A stretch of 64,000 nucleotides of DNA from the NCBI GenBank assembly GCA_014860575.1, contig JACZJK010000040.1, positions 34,082 to 98,081 of the forward strand, written 5' to 3'. The DNA is from Bacteroidales bacterium (lineage in GTDB: Bacteria; Bacteroidota; Bacteroidia; Bacteroidales; JAAYJT01). Within the stretch, counting starts at the first letter, position 1. Every line of letters begins with the position of its first letter. Positions 47,065-56,348 of the stretch are shown here, piece after piece. The notes under the pieces are model-generated. The model ran no database searches. It was not told where the DNA came from and saw nothing but the letters and a program-made list of their open reading frames with translations. A program made the translations under genes and the position numbers.

Positions 47065-49353
47065 TCAACGCATTTCATTTCTGGCCTTTCGTATAACTGC
47101 TATTCCCGCCTCTATTTTACTCATCGCATTTTCAATAAGAACAGGATCGTGGCTGGATACATTCCTTAAATATCGGTTTTCTATTGCTTTAAGCAGTGAA
47201 GTGGCTTCTATAAAACCTAACTGCTCGAAGGCGGGTGCAAGACGATGGGCCGCTTCAGCAATAGATTGGTAATCATTGTCTGCGAATGATTTTTTTATTT
47301 TTTGCAATAGGGTTTCTCCATTATCAAGAAAAGTGTTGAACATTAAAATTATAAATTCTGTATTCCCTTTGGCGATTTTAAACAATTCACTCAAGTCAAA
47401 TTCTGAAGCCCCTTTTAATTTTGGTATGCTTGCATGAACGCATGAGGCTGCATCGTCCGTGTTATTCGAATGGATCAGGATTTTTTCATAAAATTCATCT
47501 TCTTTGAAAGGTTTAAGTATTACGTCGTCCATACCTGCTTGTATATACTGTTCTATATGCCTTCTAAGCACATTGGCAGTCATAGCTATGATAACTGAAG
47601 GTCGGTGGTTTTTGAACTTACTCTCTATGTTTCTGAAATGCAGGGCAACATCAATACCGCTTGTGCCAGGCATATTGATGTCGAGAAAAACCAGGTGATA
47701 GCGACCCGGGATGAATAGTTTGATTGCTTCTTCGCCTGATGAGGCAAAATCGCCCTTGATCTTATTGTTGCTAAGGATCACGCTTCCCAGCAGGCGGTTC
47801 GCAGGATCGTCGTCAACAAAAAGAACATTGACATGACTGAGCGAAATCCGTGGCAATGAGGTTTTTTTGTTCCGAATTTGATTGTATGGTTTGGTTGGCC
47901 TCTTGAATGTAAGTGAAAACGAAAAAGTTGAACCTTCACCCAACCGGCTTTTAACGCTAATTGAACCACCCATGGATTCAACAAGATTCTTGCTGATTGT
48001 AAGACCCAAACCTGAACCAAAGTAATTGCGGCTGATAGAGCCATCACCCTGCTGAAAGGGATTAAATATCCTTTCAAAATTCTCTGGTGCGATACCAATC
48101 CCGGTATCCGTAATTTCAAAAAGCAATGTTAGTTCCTCAAGGCTGGCACTAATGGTTGAGCAACCGAGCGTTACACTTCCTTTTTGGGTGAACTTTAGAG
48201 CGTTGTTTAAAAGATTGATGAGAACCTGCCGGAGTTTGGCAGGATCACCACACAATACTTCATCCAAAGATAGATCTGAATGGATTTGAAAGTCCAGGTT
48301 CTTCTTTTTTTGCCGGACTTCAAGTACATCGGTTACAGCATTAATCACTTCTGAAAGCCTAAATGGTTCATCTTCTACTTCAATCTGGCCTGCTTCAATC
48401 TTTGATAGAATGAGGATATCGTCAATTAATGATAGCAGATGCTGTGATGAATTCTTCACCACATCCATATAAGAGGATTGTTTTTTTGAGAGTTTAGTTC
48501 TCCCCAACTGATCAGTAAAACCAATGATTGCATTGAGTGGCGTTCTGATTTCATGCGACATCTGTGCTACAAAATTGCTTTTGGCCTTATTGGCAGCCTC
48601 TGCTTCTTCTTTTGATAGCTTTAACTTGTTTTCTACAATCTTGGTTTCAGTTATATTCTGCAGAATAATTACACACAAATTCTGATTTTCATAATCTAGC
48701 AAGGGCGTTAGTTGCACTGAATAAAAGTGAGTTCCATGATTGAATTCCCTGCTCACAGATGTGCCATCAAAAGCTATTTCGAGAAGTGGCAGCAGTACGT
48801 CAATAATACTCTGTGGAAGCCGGTTCAAAAGATTTGTAGTTTCGCTGTGAACAGAAAACTTTTTACGTTTCCATCTCTCATCCCCAACACTGCACTGTAT
48901 CTCCATACTCTTATTAACCAGCAACATCATGAGGCCGGGAACATTTTCAGCCAGGATTTTGTAATAGTGCAGTTTATTAAGTTGTCGCTCATTTTGTTCA
49001 AGAGCCTCGTCCAACAAAAAACCCGATTCAATATATCTGAAAGTAACATGATCCTGTACATGTTCAAGTATGCTGAACTTGGATATCAGCTTAACAGTTT
49101 TGCCATTGTTGCCTAAGTGCTCGATCAACTGTACAAAGAACCCTTTTTCCTCCTTTTGCAGGATCCGGCTTAAATGCTTCGCAATTTGGCTTTCGTTAGC
49201 AGGTACAATGCTACGTATGGATCTGCCGATCAGTTCTTCAGCCGTTGTATAGCCCAACTGTTGAACCGCAGATGCATTGATTTTACTTATTTTCCACTCT
49301 GAATCATAAACGATCACCGGGTTGGGTAATACTTCAAGATCCATGTGTCTCAT
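47065..49353 (-). CDS. hybrid sensor histidine kinase (PAS-PAS-HisKA-HATPase-REC-HPt)
   Basis: 762 aa. H-box SHEIRTPLNAI, N/G boxes NLLNNALKFT, DTGIGI and GSGLGL, a receiver with FLDINMPG, and a C-terminal HPt AHRLAPAFEQLG. Confidence 0.9.
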   Translation of the reverse strand: MRHMDLEVLPNPVIVYDSEWKISKINASAVQQLGYTTAEELIGRSIRSIVPANESQIAKHLSRILQKEEKGFFVQLIEHLGNNGKTVKLISKFSILEHVQDHVTFRYIESGFLLDEALEQNERQLNKLHYYKILAENVPGLMMLLVNKSMEIQCSVGDERWKRKKFSVHSETTNLLNRLPQSIIDVLLPLLEIAFDGTSVSREFNHGTHFYSVQLTPLLDYENQNLCVIILQNITETKIVENKLKLSKEEAEAANKAKSNFVAQMSHEIRTPLNAIIGFTDQLGRTKLSKKQSSYMDVVKNSSQHLLSLIDDILILSKIEAGQIEVEDEPFRLSEVINAVTDVLEVRQKKKNLDFQIHSDLSLDEVLCGDPAKLRQVLINLLNNALKFTQKGSVTLGCSTISASLEELTLLFEITDTGIGIAPENFERIFNPFQQGDGSISRNYFGSGLGLTISKNLVESMGGSISVKSRLGEGSTFSFSLTFKRPTKPYNQIRNKKTSLPRISLSHVNVLFVDDDPANRLLGSVILSNNKIKGDFASSGEEAIKLFIPGRYHLVFLDINMPGTSGIDVALHFRNIESKFKNHRPSVIIAMTANVLRRHIEQYIQAGMDDVILKPFKEDEFYEKILIHSNNTDDAASCVHASIPKLKGASEFDLSELFKIAKGNTEFIILMFNTFLDNGETLLQKIKKSFADNDYQSIAEAAHRLAPAFEQLGFIEATSLLKAIENRYLRNVSSHDPVLIENAMSKIEAGIAVIRKARNEMR

Positions 49354-49413
49354 AATAGAAGTCCTTCAGGGAAAATAACACTCTGCACTATTGCCTCGCT
49401 ATATTAACCCGTG

Positions 49414-49434
49414 AATGTTGAAATTGTTCTACAA
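49414..49434. promoter_or_regulatory. dyad AATGTTGAAAttgTTCTACAA, second copy of the 45250 motif
   Basis: It lies 85 nt upstream of the sigma-54-like element at 49519 and 61 nt upstream of the kinase ATG on the other strand. Confidence 0.45.
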
Positions 49435-49518
49435 AAAGCATCATCACTCATTATAAAAACCAGATTTAACACACAGGTATAGAGCAATCTACATACGTTG
49501 TGAACAAATCATTTTATG

Positions 49519-49534
49519 TGGTACAATATTAGCA
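49519..49534 (+). promoter_or_regulatory. candidate sigma-54 promoter (TGGTACA-atat-TAGCA)
   Basis: Canonical GG-N10-GC spacing with three mismatches to the consensus. It lies 34 nt upstream of the USP ATG. Confidence 0.4.
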
Positions 49535-49567
49535 GCTATTATATCAACACGTTTTAAATATAAATTC

Positions 49568-50422
49568 ATGGACTTGAAGAATATACTAATTCTAACAGAG
49601 CTTGACGCATTATCAGCAAAGGTTACCGGTTTTGCAATCAATCTGGCCGTACAAATGAGTATTCCGGAAATAGTGCTTTTAAATGTGATCATACCGGCAA
49701 ATACCCCGGCTTTTTCAGCATCAGGTGATGTTTTTACGTCTGAAGGAAATATGGCCGACCATTTCAATCTGGCTTTGTTGGAAAAGCACCAGCGACTTGT
49801 GAATGAAGAAGCAGCCAGGCTCACAAATGAAATGGTTCAGGTAAAACCAATTGTAAGATTTAATAACAGCAAAACCGATCTGAACGGATATATGGAAGAA
49901 TTTCAGGCTGGATTATTAGTGTGTGGCAGCCGGGATGAAAACACTTTTCTGGAAAAGCTTTTTGGTTCAGATAGGGAAAAGATCATCAGAAAGGTTGATT
50001 ATCCTGTGATTTTCTTAAAAGAGGATACAGATACCGACGAAATAAATAACATACTTGTGGCCATTGATATTGACGAAGAAGATCAAAGCGGCCTGAAAGA
50101 AATAGTAGGTTTTGCCCATGCCCTCAAGGCAAGGATGCAACTACTTCATGTGCTTACTGATGAAGCCAACTCATCGGAATATGCCATTGAAAGACTACGT
50201 ACTCTGGCAATTAAAAATATGTTTGGCCATTACGATATCAATGTGGTGAATAACGATAGCCTCGAAAACGGAATTCGCAACTTCGTGAGGAAAAATAACC
50301 CGGAAATGATTGCCGTGCTATCGCAGGGGAAAGGAAAGATCAAAAAATTGATCTTCGGCAGCAACACCAACAATATCATTAAAGAATCGGACAAACCGGT
50401 TTTTGTGAGTAAGCTAAACTAA
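49568..50422 (+). CDS. universal stress protein, tandem Usp domains
   Basis: 284 aa. Two Usp-like halves each end in a G..G... motif (LLVCGSRDEN, IAVLSQGKGKIKKLIFGSN). Confidence 0.8.
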   Translation: MDLKNILILTELDALSAKVTGFAINLAVQMSIPEIVLLNVIIPANTPAFSASGDVFTSEGNMADHFNLALLEKHQRLVNEEAARLTNEMVQVKPIVRFNNSKTDLNGYMEEFQAGLLVCGSRDENTFLEKLFGSDREKIIRKVDYPVIFLKEDTDTDEINNILVAIDIDEEDQSGLKEIVGFAHALKARMQLLHVLTDEANSSEYAIERLRTLAIKNMFGHYDINVVNNDSLENGIRNFVRKNNPEMIAVLSQGKGKIKKLIFGSNTNNIIKESDKPVFVSKLN

Positions 50423-50736
50423 AGTGAGAACTTCTCAAAACACCTTGCTCTGCGACTTCCACCCTGTCAAATTGCAATCATTGTTTCGCAATATCTTTAT
50501 GCCAAGCAGGCTAACAAGAAAGTATACCCGAGAATGTAAGGATCCAATATTTTGAAGAAGCAGAAACGGCCTGGGACTGGCTGAGTTCCTGATTACAAAC
50601 TATTTCCTTAACGCAGTACTGTCAAATACGGTCAGGAAGTTAAATAAAATAGCGAAATTCTGATCCAACATATGGAACAGAATTCCGCTTTGGTGCTTAG
50701 ATTTAAATTGGTAAACCTCCGTAGATCTGCTAATGG

Positions 50737-51153
50737 CTATTCAAACCATTGCTCGATATCCTGGATGGTTCTTTGAAAGCCATCTCTTACTGAAGCATAT
50801 GTATTCTCAGCTGCAGTACTCACATCATCCCAGGTATCATTAGATGCTTCTCTCAAATCATCCATGGCTTCCTCAAGTTCCGATCTTTCATTTAACAATT
50901 CTTCTCTCGCATCTTCAAGCTTTTCCCTTGCCTCTGCTGTTGCGCCTTCCATTCTCCTGTCAATTTCTGCAATCCGCGCATCAATTTCATTTTTCAGATT
51001 TTCATATCTGGCTAACAGTTCATCGCGCTTTTCCGCACGTTCTTCCTCCATTTCAGATGTTTCCCTGCCTTTTTCGTTTTCAAAATTACACGATGACAGT
51101 ACGACGGCTGAAATGATTATGAGCAAAATGCTTAATTTACTTATGGTTTTCAT
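50737..51153 (-). CDS. coiled-coil, Glu/Arg-rich lipoprotein (LEA/YtxH-like)
   Basis: 138 aa with lipobox VLSSC. The mature part is a low-complexity amphipathic helix. Confidence 0.6.
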   Translation of the reverse strand: MKTISKLSILLIIISAVVLSSCNFENEKGRETSEMEEERAEKRDELLARYENLKNEIDARIAEIDRRMEGATAEAREKLEDAREELLNERSELEEAMDDLREASNDTWDDVSTAAENTYASVRDGFQRTIQDIEQWFE

Positions 51154-51192
51154 TGGTAAAGGTTTTTAATTATTTACTGTTTTAAATATGTT

Positions 51193-51279
51193 GGGGATGT
51201 CTCAAAACTTTGACGCTTTTGTAATCCTGATCAGCCGCAGCGGATCAGATGACAAGAATCGCCTTTTAAGACATCCTCC
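51193..51279. repeat. nested palindromic intergenic element, short variant (copy D)
   Basis: Outer arms are ggatgtctcaaaa / ttttaagacatcc. The inner part is gtaatcctgatcagccgc-a-gcggatcagatgac. The architecture matches copies A-C but the central loop is deleted. Confidence 0.75.
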
Positions 51280-51302
51280 GGCAACTTAATTTCTCAAAGA
51301 GA

Positions 51303-51488
51303 TTAGAGCGATCTTACTTCTTTGATAACTTCGTCACGTGATTTGCCAATTTTCTTCTGGAGTTTTCCCAAAAGCTCATCTTCTTTGCCTTCGGCATACG
51401 TAAGATCATCGTCTGTAAGGTTTCCATACTTCTGCTTAAGCTTGCCTTTCAGCTCATTCCAGTTTCCTTTGATTTCTAACTTGTCCAT
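51303..51488 (-). CDS. csbD: CsbD-family general stress protein
   Basis: 61 aa. [23 protein letters not shown]...GK.DEL.GKLQ is the CsbD pattern. Confidence 0.85.
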   Translation of the reverse strand: MDKLEIKGNWNELKGKLKQKYGNLTDDDLTYAEGKEDELLGKLQKKIGKSRDEVIKEVRSL

Positions 51489-52032
51489 AATTTCAGAATT
51501 TTAAGTGTATAATATTGACTAATTTTTTAATCCGGCTTTAACTAATTGAAAACTCTATGCCATAAGTGATGATAGCGATTTGCCCTAAACATATAGTCGC
51601 CTGATTACAGTGTGTTTTCATCCGTTTTCAAAAGACTGTGCTTTACAGCCTCTTTAATTTGTTGAGGACTATATTCTACATGATAGGGGAGATAAGTAAA
51701 CAAATAAACAATGTCAGTATGCGAACCGTTTATTTAATTATTGACTACCAGGTGAAAGCAAGCGTTCAAGGGCAGCATTATTCTATTATTCAGGCTTGAT
51801 AAAGTTCTTTGTAAGTATTCCGTTTTCAAAAGATTATATCAAATTGGCTTGTGTTTTTCAAAAACTTCTCTGAACCCTGCCTGAAAAGGGAAATAACTTC
51901 ATGTTTCGATCTGCATGTTTTTCAGCCTGATTTTTATTGCAGGCGGTAAATAACAAACCAATGATCATTAATTGTAAGATGACTGGTTATGAACTTCAAG
52001 AGTGACACGCAAAATAACTTCACCCGAATATC

Positions 52033-53166
52033 ATGAATACACTGATTGATTCTGATAGCAATGAAAAACGCTATTTGATAGCAAGAAAAATTACCTACTT
52101 CTTTTTGGTTATAATCCTTTTTATATATGGTTTGATCGCCATCCGCAACTTTCTCTACCCAGTTGCCTTCGGATTATTATTTGCATATCTGCTTTATCCT
52201 ATGGCTAGGTGGCTCGAGAAAAAAAAGCTGCCACGCATATTGGCCAATATGATTGTGATTATTGGCTCTCTGGCTATTTTGGGTACCCTGATTTTATTTG
52301 CTTATCGCATGGTATCATCCGTTGCCAGCGAACTACCGGAGCTTTTTGAAACCGGAATTGAAAATCTCTCGGAAATGCTTGCTGATATTGTATCTTATTT
52401 TGGCTTCGACAGAGTGAATACACAGAAACTAATACAGGATCAAAGTTCCTCTTTGTTTGAATCGAGCGGGAAATATCTGGAAACTGTTTTTAATGCAACT
52501 AGCTCCACCATCGTGGCTATAGGATTAATGCCGGTGTATATTTTCCTGTTCCTGTATTACCGGACAAAGTTTATGTATTTCTTAATAAAGCTTGCGGGAA
52601 ATTCATTTAAACCGAATATGATTGGAATCTTACGGGAAACAGCCACGGTAATGGTTCAATACATCTCAGGCGTTTTTATTGTTGTTCTTATCCTTTGTGT
52701 AATCAATTCTTTAGGCTTGTGGATCATTGGTCTAAAACATGCAATTGCACTGGGCATTATTGCAGCACTGTTCAATTTCATTCCCTATTTCGGAACCCTT
52801 CTGGGTGGCATTGTGCCTCTTTTATTCGCGTTTCTTATTGAGGGGAATCCTGGTATGGCCTTCAGGGTGGTTTTGCTTTTTATTTTTATACAGTTTATTG
52901 AGAACAATTTACTCACTCCTAATATCGTTGGTGGCAATGTTAAGATCAATCCATTTTTTGTAATTACAGGTCTTTTTGCGGCCAGCATGGTGTGGGGTAT
53001 TCCCGGAATGCTTCTGGTTGTACCTTTCCTGGCAATTATGCGTATTATCTTCTCATATAATGATGCATTAAGGCCGTACGCATTTCTACTGGGAAATGAA
53101 GGAACCAATAATTATTCAATTACTTTAAGCAAGATCAAGACTGTGTGGTCGAAAAAAAAGCAATAA
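52033..53166 (+). CDS. AI-2E family transporter (PerM/UPF0118)
   Basis: 377 aa with about 8 TM segments. FNFIPYFG and the IENNLLTPNIVG motif are present. Confidence 0.8.
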   Translation: MNTLIDSDSNEKRYLIARKITYFFLVIILFIYGLIAIRNFLYPVAFGLLFAYLLYPMARWLEKKKLPRILANMIVIIGSLAILGTLILFAYRMVSSVASELPELFETGIENLSEMLADIVSYFGFDRVNTQKLIQDQSSSLFESSGKYLETVFNATSSTIVAIGLMPVYIFLFLYYRTKFMYFLIKLAGNSFKPNMIGILRETATVMVQYISGVFIVVLILCVINSLGLWIIGLKHAIALGIIAALFNFIPYFGTLLGGIVPLLFAFLIEGNPGMAFRVVLLFIFIQFIENNLLTPNIVGGNVKINPFFVITGLFAASMVWGIPGMLLVVPFLAIMRIIFSYNDALRPYAFLLGNEGTNNYSITLSKIKTVWSKKKQ

Positions 53167-53191
53167 AAACCTTCTTTTCTAATCATCACTT

Positions 53192-54823
53192 ATGAAAAAA
53201 TCAAAAATATTACTTCTGGTTATCGGCAGCCTATTCGCCTTGGTGCTGGTAACGATGCTTCTGTTACATGCTTTTCTACCGGGAATATTCTCTGAGAAAA
53301 TTGAAGAAAAAATCAGAACGGCATTGAGCCCGGAGTCAATTGATCTTTACGAAGTTAACGCAGGTACTTCAAGTTTCAGTACTTTGTTTCAAACAACAAT
53401 TATTTCAAGTATCCGGATTATCCCTAAAGCCATAGCATTTAGTGAAAAAGACGCAGGTTTACTTCCGAACCAGATATTTGAAACAGAAGTCCACAACCTC
53501 AGCATTTCTTCGGTGACTTTGATTTCTCTTGCACTTGGAAGGAAAAACGTGAAGGTTAACCGATTCTCCACCGATAGTATTTTCTTAGTCGTATACACCA
53601 ATGAAGCTGGGAAAAAGGAATCTAATTCTGCGCAAAGTAATAAAATGGAACAACTCTCCCTGAAAAATATATGCACAGGTAAACTCAGAATAGAACAACA
53701 ATCAGTAGCTGATACATCAAGGCAGGTTCTACAAACAGGCGCAGTTGATTTCGGTGCTGTGATCAACTTCTACGATGAAGGTCAAAATTATTTTTTGAAC
53801 CCGGGGATAACGGAACTTTCCTTACGGATATTGGATGCAACCACTTTCTCATCCACCGGTTTATACAGCTTCAGAATTGACAGCATATCCTTCGATGGCA
53901 ACGGTCAAACCACTGAGCTGACTGGGTTGAAAGTTATCCCCCGTTATAGCAAACAAGAATTTTATAAACATTTGCAATTTCAAACCGATCGCTTCGATAT
54001 TGGAATAAATCATATCAAAATTTCAGGTTTCAAGCCGGATGAATTTATCCAGGATGGCGCAATAGTGATTTCAGAGATTGAAATGAATGGAGGGAACGTG
54101 GAAGTTTTTCGTGATCGCAAGGCACCTTTTAATGAACAGCAGCGCCCGGTTATGCCTGTAAGCCTGATACAAAATGCAGATTTTGGGCTTTTTGCAGGCA
54201 AAATTCTGTTCAATGATTTTGATATTGTATACGCAGAACTTCCAGCCGATTCAGATTCAGAAGGCAAAATTCCGTTTGAGCAGCTAAGCGCTGTAATCAG
54301 TAACATATCCAATCTCAAGGATTCATTGGCTTCAGACAGCAGCATGACCATTCATGCTGAGGCTTTGATCTTTGGCGAATCAACGCTCAGCGCAGAGTTT
54401 AAATATAGTCTTACCGATTCTACGGGCACTTATGAAGCAAAAGGAAGATTGGCAGCACTCGCTTTTAAGGTAATTAATACGGCAGTTTATCCCCTCACAG
54501 GTGTGAAGATAAAAGCGGGCATGCATCAGAATTCATCGTTTCACTTTTATGGAAACGATGTTAGGTCGGTTGGAGAACTCAGGTTGAAATATTCAGATCT
54601 TGAAGTTGAGTTAATTCCGGATGGAAGAAAAGTGTTTCAGGGCATTGTAGGTTTTGCAGGCAGAAAGGCCTTATATCATCCGTCAAATCCGGGAAAGAAC
54701 GATGAACTTAGAATCGGCAGGATTGAGTTCGAACGCGACGTCAGTCGGTTCGTGTTTAATTATTGGTGGAAATCTTATCTTTCGGGGATAAAGAATTCTG
54801 TGCTAAGGGATCTTGTAAAATAA
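53192..54823 (+). CDS. hypothetical membrane-anchored protein
   Basis: 543 aa with a single N-terminal TM segment (ILLLVIGSLFALVLVTMLLL). I recognise no motif. It starts 25 nt after the AI-2E gene. Confidence 0.6.
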   Translation: MKKSKILLLVIGSLFALVLVTMLLLHAFLPGIFSEKIEEKIRTALSPESIDLYEVNAGTSSFSTLFQTTIISSIRIIPKAIAFSEKDAGLLPNQIFETEVHNLSISSVTLISLALGRKNVKVNRFSTDSIFLVVYTNEAGKKESNSAQSNKMEQLSLKNICTGKLRIEQQSVADTSRQVLQTGAVDFGAVINFYDEGQNYFLNPGITELSLRILDATTFSSTGLYSFRIDSISFDGNGQTTELTGLKVIPRYSKQEFYKHLQFQTDRFDIGINHIKISGFKPDEFIQDGAIVISEIEMNGGNVEVFRDRKAPFNEQQRPVMPVSLIQNADFGLFAGKILFNDFDIVYAELPADSDSEGKIPFEQLSAVISNISNLKDSLASDSSMTIHAEALIFGESTLSAEFKYSLTDSTGTYEAKGRLAALAFKVINTAVYPLTGVKIKAGMHQNSSFHFYGNDVRSVGELRLKYSDLEVELIPDGRKVFQGIVGFAGRKALYHPSNPGKNDELRIGRIEFERDVSRFVFNYWWKSYLSGIKNSVLRDLVK

Positions 54824-54943
54824 ATATCAGTCAAATTGATTTTCCGGCAGAGCCTTCTAATTTTCAGGAAAATGCAACGGATCAACAATATATGGTAAAA
54901 AAAAGAGCTGAAAATCAACTCCTTTTTTACGTTTAAGCGAACA

Positions 54944-55303
54944 TTAGTCCTGCTTGTGGTTATTGTTATCCTTATCTTTCTTAAAGAGTTCGCCATTCTT
55001 ATCAAGTTTTACGGTACGTGTTTCGTCTGTACCTGGCCTGGTCAGTGTAATTTCATAATATTCACCAGCACCATCTTTTTTCGTGACAAGGTATGCGGTT
55101 TCCTGAACTACCCAGCCTCTGTAATCTGTGCCGGTCATAGCATCTCTTACTGCCTGTGGCAGTTCCGCGTATTTTACTTCTGTTCTTTTGTCACCATCCT
55201 GATCAAGGGCGATGATATTAGCAGTTTGTCTGAAATCATTTTGGATTCCAAAAGCACTTGTTATAACTGCAAAACTGAATGCTACTAAAAATAGGGTTTT
55301 CAT
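54944..55303 (-). CDS. small secreted protein, function unknown
   Basis: 119 aa with signal peptide MKTLFLVAFSFAVITSAFG and a Lys/Asp-rich tail. Confidence 0.6.
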   Translation of the reverse strand: MKTLFLVAFSFAVITSAFGIQNDFRQTANIIALDQDGDKRTEVKYAELPQAVRDAMTGTDYRGWVVQETAYLVTKKDGAGEYYEITLTRPGTDETRTVKLDKNGELFKKDKDNNNHKQD

Positions 55304-55642
55304 AATTATTAAGTTTTAAATGTTTAAAAATAAGAACTACTTAACATAACTCAATAGGGATGCCAAAAACCATATGATTGCATAAGTATCAGTAAGTCTG
55401 TGTGATATGGAGTTATTGCTCAAAAATGAATGAATGTAATTGTTGGGGACTTCTGCAACAGTTGCTGGTGATTTTCTACAGACTTGCGAACCTTTTGATG
55501 TCAATCCGTGCTATCTTACTTTGGTAAATAATTGGTATTTAATATCTTGACTTTCATTACTTAGTATAACATTGCCTTGCTCTTCTATTGGTTCAAGACC
55601 CTGGCAAATGACCTCCCAATCTTGTTCCCAGGTTTAAAAAGA

Positions 55643-55730
55643 AATGTTCAAATGTTCTATGGTTCAACTGTTCTATGGTTCTATTGTTCTATTATTCTAC
55701 TGTACTATTGTTCTATTGTTTGTACTGTCG
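55643..55730. repeat. 11-unit array, 8-nt period (ATTGTTCT-type)
   Basis: Units read aatgttca/aatgttct/atggttca/actgttct/atggttct/attgttct/attattct/actgtact/attgttct/attgtttg/tactgtcg. Confidence 0.9.
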
Positions 55731-55770
55731 TTTTTTTCTCACCGTAACCATCCTAAACGACCCTATAGTT

Positions 55771-55812
55771 AAAAAAAGAGGTTCCTTTCCTCATTATCAG
55801 GAAAGGAACCTC
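55771..55812 (-). terminator. intrinsic terminator downstream of 55902-56129
   Basis: Perfect 13-bp stem gaggttcctttcc/ggaaaggaacctc with a 9-nt loop and a T7 run on the - strand. Confidence 0.8.
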
Positions 55813-55901
55813 AGGAATTTGGGTTGCTAACTAAGGAGGGTTATATAGAAGTTAGATTCACCACAGACATTTATGTTTCAAGACTTATCACTGCCTTAAG
55901 G

Positions 55902-56129
55902 TTAATCTAACCGGTTATGTTTATAGCCTGGCAACACTTCTCTTCCTCTGATCAATCTGCGTAATATCGAAATTACTGCCAGGATTAATAGAATATGAAT
56001 AAGTTGTCCCAGCCCGAATATGAGGAATCCAAGTGCCCAAAACAATATGAGCAAAACTGCAATGAAATATAGAAATCTGATAACATCAGGTTTTATTGGT
56101 TTTACGTCTAAGTCCGGCAAGGTAAACAA
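55902..56129 (-). CDS. lmo0937-like tiny membrane protein (start uncertain)
   Basis: The C-terminal 50 aa (FIAVLLILFWALGFLIFGLGQLIHILLILAVISILRRLIRGR) fit the family. There is no in-frame ATG. The TTG at 56129 overlaps the upstream gene by 44 nt, so the true start is probably further downstream. Confidence 0.5.
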   Translation of the reverse strand: MFTLPDLDVKPIKPDVIRFLYFIAVLLILFWALGFLIFGLGQLIHILLILAVISILRRLIRGREVLPGYKHNRLD

Positions 56130-56310
56130 TGCACCCTGCCATGAGTAAAGCTACACCCGACCAGCGTGGGCAAACGAGGCCGCTTTCTGTTTCTTTAACA
56201 ATTTCTTCATTCATGTCATCATACGTGGTAACTTTTCTCTTAATAGTTAAACCAGACATGATGTTAAGAATGTTGCCGATAACGATAAGAACTATTCCTG
56301 TTTTTTTCAT
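56086..56310 (-). CDS. small two-TM membrane protein
   Basis: 74 aa with two hydrophobic segments (GIVLIVIGNILNIMSGL, GVALLMAGCIVYLAGL). Confidence 0.5.
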   Translation of the reverse strand: MKKTGIVLIVIGNILNIMSGLTIKRKVTTYDDMNEEIVKETESGLVCPRWSGVALLMAGCIVYLAGLRRKTNKT

Positions 56311-56348
56311 AATCGCTGTATTTTTTATATGGTTATTAATTTTTGTTT

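Noticed and set aside
50520-50600. A short open frame ending ...QYFEEAETAWDWLSS*, reminiscent of a protein C-terminus and possibly a gene remnant, in the 314-nt gap after the USP gene. A nearby imperfect hairpin lies at 50652-50688.
   Set aside because: Only about 25 codons are open before an upstream stop, and no family can be assigned by eye. It is too weak to call a pseudogene. The hairpin has mismatches and only a short T-run.
514-55730. Whether the periodic arrays (514, 34388, 41817, 45621, 55643) could be CRISPR arrays.
   Set aside because: The unit length is 7-8 nt with no unique spacers. There are no cas genes or leader in the window. The arrays are 40-166 nt long. They are not CRISPR.
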